A DNA stretch of 60,711 bases from contig JBBQSO010000027.1 in NCBI GenBank assembly GCA_038213805.1, positions 1 to 60,711 on the forward strand, in the 5' to 3' direction. The number at the start of each line of letters is the position of its first letter. Positions within the stretch are counted from its first letter, which is position 1. Positions 1-9,642 of the stretch are shown here, piece after piece. The translations under genes and the position numbers were made by a program. The notes beneath the pieces are model-generated. The model was not told where the DNA came from. It searched no databases and worked only from the letters and a program-made list of their open reading frames with translations. This stretch comes from Planctomycetota bacterium (GTDB lineage Bacteria; Planctomycetota; UBA11346).

Positions 1-235
1 ACCTCCCCCACCCGCCCCCACCTGCTCGCGACCCCGCGCGCCGCACGCCGCGTCCCCCGCACTACGTTTATCGCCCCGCATTTCGCCGCGTAGTTGACCG
101 GCGGCGCCCCGCGGCCGGCGGACGCGCGGCGCGAACGGTCAGCTACGCGGCGAACTGCGGGGCGATCACCGTAGTCCTGGGCACGCGCCGTCCGGCGCGC
201 TGGGTCGCGAGCAGGTCGAGGCAGGTGGCGAAGGT
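1..235. repeat. Imperfect fold-back palindrome centred on nt 118 (probable contig-end artefact)
   Basis: nt 1-117 are the ungapped reverse complement of nt 119-235, with about 20 mismatches by hand count. Confidence 0.85.
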
Positions 236-1231
236 CGCGGGGATGTCGTAGCCCAGGCGGGCGATGTGCGGTGCCGCCGCCGCGGCGGCGCGCGGCAGCG
301 GAAAGTTGGCGTGCGCCACCACCTCGACCGAGGCGGGCGGGTCCAGGCCGAGCTCGGCGAGGCCGGCGCAGGCGTGCTCGACGAGGTGGTCGTCGGCGAT
401 GATCAAGCCGTCGGGGCGCGCCTCCTGCCCGTCGCGGAACATCAGCATGGTCAGGTGCGCCGCCCAGCGCGGTTCAGCCTGCAGGCCGACCTGCACCCGC
501 CACGGTTGGTACTCGAGGTGGCGCTCGGCGAGGATTTTACGGTAAGTCTCGAGGTGCACGCCGGACAGGCCGGGCACGGTCAGCAGTGCGATGCGCCGGC
601 GCCCGCGTGCGACCAGGTGGTCGACCGCGCGGCGGAAGAACAGCAGGCCGTCACCGCCCAGCGCGACGCTGGGCACCGCGGTGTTGGCCTGCAGCCCGGC
701 GAAGGCGACGCGCGGGACGCCCGGCTGCTCCAGGATCGGCGAGCCTTTGAGCGGCCACGGGTCGCTGGCGAAGACCACGCCCGAGAGGCGCTGCGCGGCG
801 AGGTCGGCGGTCAGGCGTGCGACCTCGGCGTCGTCGCAGCCCGGTTCGACGCCGGTATAGAGGGCGATGCCCACGGGCAGGTCGCTCGCGCGGGCCTCGG
901 CTTCGGCCGCGAGCAGGTGCCAGAACGGCGACCAGCGCGCACCGTCGCGGCGCTCGGGGAAGACCAGGGCGAAACGATGCAGGTGCGGGGGGAACTGCGC
1001 CGCGAAGGTGCCGATGTTGCCAGCGACCGTCACGAAGCCGTCGGCGACCAGCCGGTCCAGCGCGCGCTGCATGGTCACCGGCGAGACCTGGAAGCGCCGT
1101 TCGAGGTCCGCGCGCGTCGGCAGCCGGTCGCCGGGCTTGATGCTCCCGCTGATGATCAGGTGGCGGACGTAGTCGACCACCGCGTCCTGCTTCACCGGCG
1201 GTCGGGTGCGGAATCGGGTCGTGGTCGGCAT
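143..1231 (-). CDS. GntR-family transcriptional regulator with LacI-type sugar-binding C-terminal domain
   Basis: N-terminal wHTH (IKPGDRLPTRADLERRFQVSPVTMQRALDRLVADG); C-terminal periplasmic-binding-like fold (AVDHLVARGRRRIALL, RPDGLIIADD). Confidence 0.9.
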   Translation of the reverse strand: MPTTTRFRTRPPVKQDAVVDYVRHLIISGSIKPGDRLPTRADLERRFQVSPVTMQRALDRLVADGFVTVAGNIGTFAAQFPPHLHRFALVFPERRDGARWSPFWHLLAAEAEARASDLPVGIALYTGVEPGCDDAEVARLTADLAAQRLSGVVFASDPWPLKGSPILEQPGVPRVAFAGLQANTAVPSVALGGDGLLFFRRAVDHLVARGRRRIALLTVPGLSGVHLETYRKILAERHLEYQPWRVQVGLQAEPRWAAHLTMLMFRDGQEARPDGLIIADDHLVEHACAGLAELGLDPPASVEVVAHANFPLPRAAAAAAPHIARLGYDIPATFATCLDLLATQRAGRRVPRTTVIAPQFAA

Positions 1232-1254
1232 GGGCGGGCTCCGTGTCGCGCGTA

Positions 1255-1360
1255 CTCCACTATCTACAGCAGAGATACTGTAACGCTGACGGGAATTTGA
1301 GAGAGCCGTATAGATATTCTTAAGATGATATAGTGAATCTATTTACATCCACGAAATGGC
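1255..1360. promoter_or_regulatory. AT-rich promoter/operator region upstream of the GntR regulator
   Basis: Sharp AT-rich island containing short dyads (TACAG-N8-CTGTA; TCTTAAGA), directly 5' of the regulator. Confidence 0.4.
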
Positions 1361-1748
1361 ATGGAGGGCGAAGTCGCGCTACGCTCATGAAGGTTGGCCA
1401 TCAGCCGTTTGCGGTCCGTCATGCCCGCGTCGCGGATCCGTGTAATTCCGACATCCCTCGCATGGTCACGAGCGAGGTCATGGACCCCTTGCCTGCGGTG
1501 TTCGCATGCATTGCTGGATAGAGGTCCCGCCAGACACAGAACGTGAGCCGCTTGCCGGTCGCCACCGAGCAGATGCTTCATGTCGCTGGTTGTTACGCTC
1601 TACGACACCCGCAACGTCGCGCACAGGTGCGGACTGGAATGCGGGGCGTTGAGGCTGCTGAACAGTTTATCAGGGCCTACGGCCCGGCCTGCACATGCAT
1701 CATCTGGCGATAGCCGGGCTCGCGATTGGGATGGTTCTGAGCCGACGC

Positions 1749-4700
1749 TCAGGGCTTGAACATCGCATCCTGGGGATTGGCCGCCGACAGCAGGTACGCG
1801 ACCAGGTCGAAGACCTCGTCCTGGTTCAGGCGGTCGAGCAGGCCGGGCGGCATGATCGAGATCTTCATCATCCGGGTGTTGGTGACGTCTGCCTTGTGGA
1901 TCGCGGTCAGCTGGGTGGGGTCGAAGGGGTTGGTGCCGACGAACAGATCCTTGCCGTCGTCGCCCATCAGCCGGCCGACGGTGTTGCCCTCTTTCGTGCG
2001 GACCTCGTAGTTCGCGTACTGGTCGGAGATGACCTTCGACGGTTCGACGATCGACTCGAGCAGGTCGTGCAGGCTGAACTTCGCGCCAGCGCTCGACAGG
2101 TCGGGTCCGACCGAGCCGCCTTCATTGGCGAAGCGGTGGCAGACGGTGCAGCCGAGCGCGCCGAACATGTTGCGGCCGTTCTCGAAGTTGCGGCCCTTGA
2201 GGCTGCCCTTGCCCAGCGCGGTCAGCTGGTCGGTGGTCCAGGTCTTGCCGGGTCCCTTCGGCTGGGCGAAGGTCGCCGGCGCCGGCCGCGCGGCGAGGCC
2301 GACGCGCAGCTTGTCGGTGGCAAGCGCGGCGCGCTCCGCCTCGGGGACGTTCTCCCACGCCATCTTGCGGATCGCGTTGATGAAGCCCTTGTAGCTGTTG
2401 CCGCCCTTGCTTTCGCTATCCGCCGCTTCGAACCAGGTGAAGTAGCGCAGGCGCAGGTCAGAGGTCCAACCGACCTTGGCCACGCTCAGGGCGTAGGCGT
2501 ACCAGATGCGCTGCTGCTGCGGCTTGGCCGCGAGCATCGCCGCGATCGGGCCGCCGTAGCCGCCGTTGCGCGCGATCAGCGCGTCCAGGTCGTGGTTCAC
2601 GGGGATCAGCTCGCTCTTGCCCATCTGCTCGACGATCTTGGCCGGCGCGGTCGGCGACTGGAGCGTGCTCAGCAGCGACGCGCAGTCACGGTTGAGGCGC
2701 AGGTCGAGGCTCGGGAAGAGCGGGTCGATCTTGGCGACGAGCTGCGCGGCGAGCGCCGCTTCCGGCGGGCCCATGCGGATGATCAGCAGCTCGCAGGCGC
2801 GCAGCGCCTCAAGCTGGGCGTCGGTGCTGAGCTTGGCGAGGTCGAGGCCCAGCCAGGCGGCGAGCGCCTTGGGCTGGATAGCCTTGTCGCCGCAGCGCGC
2901 GAGGGCGACCAGGGCGGTGATGCGTGCTGCGGGGTCGGCCTCGGTAAGGGCCTTGTCCTGCCACCCGGCGACCGGCTGGTGCTCGACAGCGATGCGCGCG
3001 GCGAAGCGGATGGCGCGGTCGGCATTGCCGAGCTGCGGCCAGACGGCGGCGATCGCCGCGGGGTCGACGTGGCCATGGAAGGCCTCAAGCTTGTGGCGCT
3101 GCAGCGCCAGATCAGTGGGCGGCAGGGCCGCCACCGGTGCGGTCGACTCGCTGCCGGTGTAGACCACGCGGTAGAGGGCCGACTGCGACCCGCGGCCGCC
3201 AGTGGTGAAGTACATTGCGCCGTCCTTGCCAACCACCATGTCGGTCAATGGCAGGGCGCGGCCTGACACGAATTCCTCCTTGGTGGCCTTGAACGAGGCG
3301 CCCTGCGGTTCGAGGATGATGGCATACATGGTGCCGAAGGTGAAGTCGGAGCCGAATAGCGCGCGCTGGTACTTCGCCGGGAATTTCGCGCCGGTACCGA
3401 ACACCACGCCGGTGGGGCTGCCCGGCCCGACCTCGGCCACCGGCGGCAGGCTGTCCGGGTACCAGGTCGCCCACTTGCCCGAACCGCTGCGCCAGCCGAA
3501 CTCGCTGCCGCTGGGGCTGTGGCAGAAACGCGTCGGCCGGTACCAGGGTGAGCCCATGTCCCATTCCATGTCGGCGTCGTAGACGAACATCTCGCCGTTG
3601 CCGTCGAAGGCGAAGTCGTATTCGTTGCGGTAGCCGCTGCTGACCAGCTCCCAGGCCTTGCCATCGGGATCGGTGCGGGCGATGAAGCCACCCGGCGCAA
3701 CGATGCCGCGGGCGTGGCCGTTCGGATCCCAGTGGCGGGGCAGGAAGATGTCTTCAGCCCAGTTCTTCGGCACCAGGTACGAGTCGAAGTTGTCGGGGAT
3801 CTTGGTGTGGTTGCCGCAGCAGATGTAGAGCGACTTCTTATCCGGCGACAGCACTATGGCGTGCGGCCCGTGCTCGCCTTCGCCCTCAAAGTTGCGCAGC
3901 TTGGTGATCTTGTCGAACTTGTCGTCGCCGTCGGTGTCCTGCAGGCGGTAGAGGCCGCTGCTCTTGTCGCCGACCTTGCCGTTGATCATCACGTAGAGGC
4001 TGTTGAACGCGTAGAGCAGGCCATGCGCCGAGCTGATCGGCAGGTCGATCTTCTCAACGGTGGTGGTCTCGGGCTCAGCGCCCAGGGCCGACGGGGTGAT
4101 GCGGAAGATGCCTGCGCCGCCCTGGTCGGCGGCGATCAGGCGACCCTTGTCGTCGCAGGTCAGGCTGACCCACGAGCCCTGTTCGCCCTTGGGAACCGTG
4201 TAGACCAGCTCGGCCTTGAAGCCCGGCAGCATGGCGAGGGACTCCGGCGCAGTGACGCCGCCGCCCTTCTTCCCGCCGCCGAGGACATCGCCCCAGGGAT
4301 CCCGGCCCAGCGCGCCGATGTCGAAGCTGGGTTTCCACGCCGCATCGTCGAACCCGGGCTTCTGCCAGCCCTCTGGCTTGCCCTCAAGCTGACGCCAGCT
4401 GGTGTCGCTGACGACGTCCTGGGCGTGGCCGGCGGCGTCCTTGTAGCGCAGGCGGGCCACCAGCGCCGCGGCGCCATCATCGTTGCGGCCAAGCACCGCG
4501 ATGACGTTGGTTCCGGGCTTGAGGTGCTTGGTGACGTCGGCACTCGCCGGCGCCTGCCACTCGTCGCTGCTCGCGACCTGCTCGCCGTTGACCCACACCG
4601 TGACGTGGTTGTCGCCGCTCACCTGCAGCTTGGCCGCGGTCGGTTGACCTTCGACGGTGAAGCTCTTGCGGAACAGCACCTGTTGGTTCGACGTGGCGTC

Positions 4701-4793
4701 GGCCGCGCTCCAGATCCAGTGCGGCGTGGTGTCGGCCGCGTTGGCGACTCCTCCAACCAGGACGAGGGCGAGGGCGAGGAGGCGGATGGACAT
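1749..4793 (-). CDS. PVC-type heme-binding membrane-bound dehydrogenase-like protein (signal peptide, galactose-binding-like domain, beta-propeller, HEAT repeats, cytochrome c)
   Basis: Signal peptide MSIRLLALALVLVGGVANA; FRKSF..GDN..VWVNG sugar-binding domain; propeller motifs GYRNEYD, DADMEWD, GPGSPTG; CTVCH heme motif followed by GPDLS and SIMPPGL. Start moved to ATG 4793. Confidence 0.85.
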   Translation of the reverse strand: MSIRLLALALVLVGGVANAADTTPHWIWSAADATSNQQVLFRKSFTVEGQPTAAKLQVSGDNHVTVWVNGEQVASSDEWQAPASADVTKHLKPGTNVIAVLGRNDDGAAALVARLRYKDAAGHAQDVVSDTSWRQLEGKPEGWQKPGFDDAAWKPSFDIGALGRDPWGDVLGGGKKGGGVTAPESLAMLPGFKAELVYTVPKGEQGSWVSLTCDDKGRLIAADQGGAGIFRITPSALGAEPETTTVEKIDLPISSAHGLLYAFNSLYVMINGKVGDKSSGLYRLQDTDGDDKFDKITKLRNFEGEGEHGPHAIVLSPDKKSLYICCGNHTKIPDNFDSYLVPKNWAEDIFLPRHWDPNGHARGIVAPGGFIARTDPDGKAWELVSSGYRNEYDFAFDGNGEMFVYDADMEWDMGSPWYRPTRFCHSPSGSEFGWRSGSGKWATWYPDSLPPVAEVGPGSPTGVVFGTGAKFPAKYQRALFGSDFTFGTMYAIILEPQGASFKATKEEFVSGRALPLTDMVVGKDGAMYFTTGGRGSQSALYRVVYTGSESTAPVAALPPTDLALQRHKLEAFHGHVDPAAIAAVWPQLGNADRAIRFAARIAVEHQPVAGWQDKALTEADPAARITALVALARCGDKAIQPKALAAWLGLDLAKLSTDAQLEALRACELLIIRMGPPEAALAAQLVAKIDPLFPSLDLRLNRDCASLLSTLQSPTAPAKIVEQMGKSELIPVNHDLDALIARNGGYGGPIAAMLAAKPQQQRIWYAYALSVAKVGWTSDLRLRYFTWFEAADSESKGGNSYKGFINAIRKMAWENVPEAERAALATDKLRVGLAARPAPATFAQPKGPGKTWTTDQLTALGKGSLKGRNFENGRNMFGALGCTVCHRFANEGGSVGPDLSSAGAKFSLHDLLESIVEPSKVISDQYANYEVRTKEGNTVGRLMGDDGKDLFVGTNPFDPTQLTAIHKADVTNTRMMKISIMPPGLLDRLNQDEVFDLVAYLLSAANPQDAMFKP

Positions 4794-5075
4794 GGCGGGC
4801 TTCTCGTGGGGATGCCGGGAGGGGGAGGCGGAGGCCAGGGTCGCAGAGGGCGGCGGCCGGGCGACGGAACCAATCATAGGGTAGAATACTTTGCTGAAGC
4901 GCAGGCGTTTTCAGCGAAAATTCGTGGAATTGCACCGGTTAGCAGTGGGAGTTGGACTTTCAGTCCCCGCTCGCGCCTGGTACCCCCAGGTTCAGCCGCG
5001 CACCCCAAATCGCTGCCCATCCCAGGATCAGCGTACGACGCTCGGCGTCGTCGCGTTTCGGACATGTGGCATCCG

Positions 5076-6755
5076 TCACGATCTGCCAGTTCGCAGCGCC
5101 GCCGGCACGAATTCCGGATCGCTCGCCTCCGCGATCGCCAGCCCGATCTGGAATTCCATGATCGCCGCCGGAATCGGGCTGCGGTAGCCGTCGAGGCAGG
5201 CGCGCAGGGCCGCGGCAGGGCCGAGGTTCGCGGTGCGCGCCAGGCGGTAGGCCTTGACCGCGATAGCCTCGGCGGCGCCGGGGGTGAGCAGCAGCGGCAC
5301 CAGCGGCTCGAGCGAGGCGCCCTCGGCGTCCGTAAGCGTCAGGCCGCGCCGTTTCGCCAGCGCGCGCAGCAGGCGCAGGCCCTCGGCGGTGGTGGTGGTC
5401 GGAAAGATCGGGATGCGCACGTCGATGCGTCCGGGCCGCTTGAGGTCGACCTCGATCAGATCCGGCCGGCTGCTCGCCAGGATCCACACGATGCGCCCGC
5501 GGTTCTCGCCGCGCGACATCTCCTCGGCGATCATCGCGTAGATGCGGCCGTTGATGCCGCCGGCGTCGTTGCCGCCCTGGTCGCGCTTGCCCAGCGCCTG
5601 GTCGGCTTCGTCGATGAACACCAGGCAGCGGCGGAGGGCGTGGATGAGGCGGAAGATCTTCTCGAGGTTGCCTTCGGTCGAGCCCACCCACTTGTCGCGG
5701 AAGTTCTTCAGCCGCACCACCGGCACGCGCGCCTCGCCGGCCAAGCACTCGACCAGGAAAGTCTTGCCGGTGCCGACCGGTCCGCACAGCAGGTAGCCCA
5801 TCGGCATGGCGGCGAGATCGCCCGCCGCCCACAGCGCGAGGTCCTGGCGCAGCCAACGCTTGATGGGTTCGCCAGCCTCGTAGTCGTCGAGCGAGCGCCG
5901 CGACTCGATGAACTCGATGAGCCCGCCACAGTCGCGCTCGACCAGCGCCTTCTTGATGCCGAGCAGGTCGCCGTCGCCCAGCGGCTGGTCGAGGTGCTCG
6001 CGCGTGCGCAGCAGGGACTCGATCGCGCTCAGACTGGTGCCGGTCAGGAGCGCAGCCGGCTTCGCCAGGTCTGCGGCCAGGGCGCGCAGCGCGCGCGGCA
6101 CGCGCGGCTGGAGCAGGGTCAGCGCCTGCGCCAGTTCGCCGGCGTCGGGCAGCGGCACGCGCACCTGCGCGGCGCGCGGGTTGGCTGCGACCAGCGGGTG
6201 CAGGTCGGCGAGGTTGTCGGCGATCAGAAACGACGCGACGGCCTGATCCGCGAGCAGGCCGTCGCTGGCCCAATCGCGGATCAGGCTGGCCATCGCATTG
6301 GGCTCGACCGCGCCATACGAGGCGGCCGGCACGATCAGGTCGGCGGAGCGCACCACCACGCCGACCTGGACGCGGCCCTGGCCGAGGCGCGCCAGGTTGG
6401 CGACGTAGCGCAGGTAGTGGGTGATCGCCTCGATGGCTTCGCGCGGCTGGCGCGGCAGCTGCGGCTGTTCCTTGAAGCGCGGCCATTTGGTGAAGGTCTC
6501 GCCGCCCTTCTCGACGCGCAGGCCGTTGCCCAGGTCGTAGCTGAGGATGACGTCGAAGCGCGGCAGCAGCACTTTGGCCAGGAAGTCGCCGAGGCTGCCC
6601 AGACCGCCGCCGGCGATCGGCAACACCAGGCGGTCGTGGACGTTGCCGCTGAGGATGAACTGGCTGGCCGCGCCGCTCTCGTAGCCGGTGATGAGGTCGT
6701 TGGCCCAGGCGGGCAGGGCCGGGCTGGCGGCCGCGGCCGGGAGCGGGTCGGTCAT
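5076..6755 (-). CDS. Classical-clade AAA+ ATPase with a degenerate N-terminal AAA-like domain
   Basis: Walker A GPVGTGKT, pore loop KWVG, Walker B LVFIDEAD, second region of homology SSRPDLIEVDLKRPGRID. Start at ATG 6755 (MTDPLP). Confidence 0.9.
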   Translation of the reverse strand: MTDPLPAAAASPALPAWANDLITGYESGAASQFILSGNVHDRLVLPIAGGGLGSLGDFLAKVLLPRFDVILSYDLGNGLRVEKGGETFTKWPRFKEQPQLPRQPREAIEAITHYLRYVANLARLGQGRVQVGVVVRSADLIVPAASYGAVEPNAMASLIRDWASDGLLADQAVASFLIADNLADLHPLVAANPRAAQVRVPLPDAGELAQALTLLQPRVPRALRALAADLAKPAALLTGTSLSAIESLLRTREHLDQPLGDGDLLGIKKALVERDCGGLIEFIESRRSLDDYEAGEPIKRWLRQDLALWAAGDLAAMPMGYLLCGPVGTGKTFLVECLAGEARVPVVRLKNFRDKWVGSTEGNLEKIFRLIHALRRCLVFIDEADQALGKRDQGGNDAGGINGRIYAMIAEEMSRGENRGRIVWILASSRPDLIEVDLKRPGRIDVRIPIFPTTTTAEGLRLLRALAKRRGLTLTDAEGASLEPLVPLLLTPGAAEAIAVKAYRLARTANLGPAAALRACLDGYRSPIPAAIMEFQIGLAIAEASDPEFVPAALRTGRS

Positions 6756-6765
6756 GCGCGGGCGC

Positions 6766-7098
6766 TCATTTGCCGCTCGCCCCGGCGTCCTTGAGCTTCT
6801 TCGCCAGCGCGGTGGCTGCAGTCCAGCCGGCCTTGGTCTCTTCGGTCTCGATCTGCACGTCGTTCCAGCCGGCCTTGTAGGCGGCGGCCTCCCAGGTCTC
6901 GAACTTCGCGACCAGCGCGTCGATCTCGGCATAGGCCGCGTTGAGCTCGCCGACGTCCTTGCCAGCGAGCGCCTTGGTGGCGTGCACGCGCACCGCGGCC
7001 ACTTCCTTGGCGAGCGGTTCGAGGGCGGCTTTCGGCGCAGCGTCTTCGGCCCAGGCCGCGACGCTGCAACCCAGGATCAGGGCGAGGATGCGGTGCAT
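6766..7098 (-). CDS. Small exported alpha-helical hypothetical protein (110 aa)
   Basis: Signal peptide MHRILALILGCSVAAWA; GGAG Shine-Dalgarno-like sequence upstream; fills the gap between pspA and the AAA gene. Confidence 0.75.
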   Translation of the reverse strand: MHRILALILGCSVAAWAEDAAPKAALEPLAKEVAAVRVHATKALAGKDVGELNAAYAEIDALVAKFETWEAAAYKAGWNDVQIETEETKAGWTAATALAKKLKDAGASGK

Positions 7099-7126
7099 GC
7101 GGTGACTCCTCCGGGGGTGGAGACGC

Positions 7127-7882
7127 TCAGCTCGCGGCGCCCTGGCCCGGGCCCATGCTCTTGGCGGCCGGGGTTGCGGCGGGCACCACCGGGCTGCCAG
7201 GCTCGAGTGCGATGCCCTCTTTGGCGGCGAAGTCAGCGAGCGCCATGTCGGCGAGCGCGCGCTGTTCGGCCTCTTTCACGTTGACCTGCGACATGTCGAG
7301 CGAGTCCTTGGCGACGCGCGCGCGGCCGGCGGCCTTGTCGCGTTCCTCGGCGACCATGGTCGAGAGGCGGTCGAGGGTGTCGCCGGAGCCGCCGATGCTG
7401 GTGATCATGCCCGATGCCATCTCGGTCATCTCGGCCATGGCCTTCTTCATCTTCATGTCCTCGATGCCGCTTTTCAGCGCGTCGAGCTTGGCTTTGGCCG
7501 CGGCGATCGCGACGTCGCGCGACTTCAGCAGGTTCTTGTAGGTCTCGTCGGCCTGGGTGAGCTGGGTGCGGTTCTCCTCCAGCTCGCGGGACACGGTCTG
7601 CAGGCGCAGGGCGTACTGGCCGGCGGCGTCGCGGTTGCCGGCGCGCAGATGGGCAGAGGTCTTGGCGCGCAGGTCGCGGTCCTCGGCCTCGAGCTTCTTG
7701 ACCTGGCTCATCAGGCGCTCGCACAGCCCGGCGTGCGAGGCCAGGCCCTGGTTGTACTGGCCGATCTGCTTGCGCAGGTTCTCCTTCTCGACATCGAGCA
7801 GGGCCTCGGGGTTGCGGCGCTCGACGCCCGAGACGAACAGGCCAAGGAAGCCTTTGAACAAGTTGGCGATGCGTCTGAACAT
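7127..7882 (-). CDS. pspA: PspA/IM30 (Vipp1/ESCRT-III superfamily) protein
   Basis: Amphipathic N-terminal helix MFRRIANLFKGFLG, then NPEALL, coiled coil with AGNRDAA, DTLDRLSTMVAEE, and a flexible C-terminal tail. Confidence 0.9.
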   Translation of the reverse strand: MFRRIANLFKGFLGLFVSGVERRNPEALLDVEKENLRKQIGQYNQGLASHAGLCERLMSQVKKLEAEDRDLRAKTSAHLRAGNRDAAGQYALRLQTVSRELEENRTQLTQADETYKNLLKSRDVAIAAAKAKLDALKSGIEDMKMKKAMAEMTEMASGMITSIGGSGDTLDRLSTMVAEERDKAAGRARVAKDSLDMSQVNVKEAEQRALADMALADFAAKEGIALEPGSPVVPAATPAAKSMGPGQGAAS

Positions 7883-7967
7883 GGGGGGCCCTGCGCTGGT
7901 CGGGGGTGGCTATTGGAAGCCAAACATGGGCGAGAGGGGGCCGGGGGCAAGGGAGAGGCCGGAGCTC

Positions 7968-8188
7968 GGCTGATGCCAAGGGCTGGCAGCTGACGGCCGA
8001 CGGCGCGGGCGCTCGCAGGAAGGCCCAGCCGGTTACGACGGGTCGGAGGGGTGCGGCGCACACGTCTGGGACGGCTTAGCACCATCGGGCACCAAAAGCC
8101 GCCAGCCGCCAGCCATCAGCCATCAGCCATCAGCCATCAGCCATCAGCCATCAGCCATCAGCCATCAGCCATCAGCCATCAGCCAGCC
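7968..8188. repeat. Inverted heptamer-array element; right arm contains (AGCCATC)x10
   Basis: Ten exact AGCCATC units at 8111-8180; degenerate complementary GGCTGAT/GCTGACG units at 7968-8004. Confidence 0.85.
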
Positions 8189-8194
8189 GTCCCC

Positions 8195-9625
<1,431 letters not shown>

Positions 9626-9642
9626 GGTGGTCTCGCGCGCGG

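Noticed and set aside
3714..6794. 1026-aa + strand ORF, and similar long ORFs at 1695-3266, 8051-9691, 36906-39662, 42041-43990 and 54088-55800
   Set aside because: Antisense shadows of well-supported genes; stop codons are scarce at this GC content and the translations have no motifs.
8111..8180. Tandem repeats as a possible CRISPR array
   Set aside because: 7-nt contiguous units with no spacers, and no cas genes in the window.
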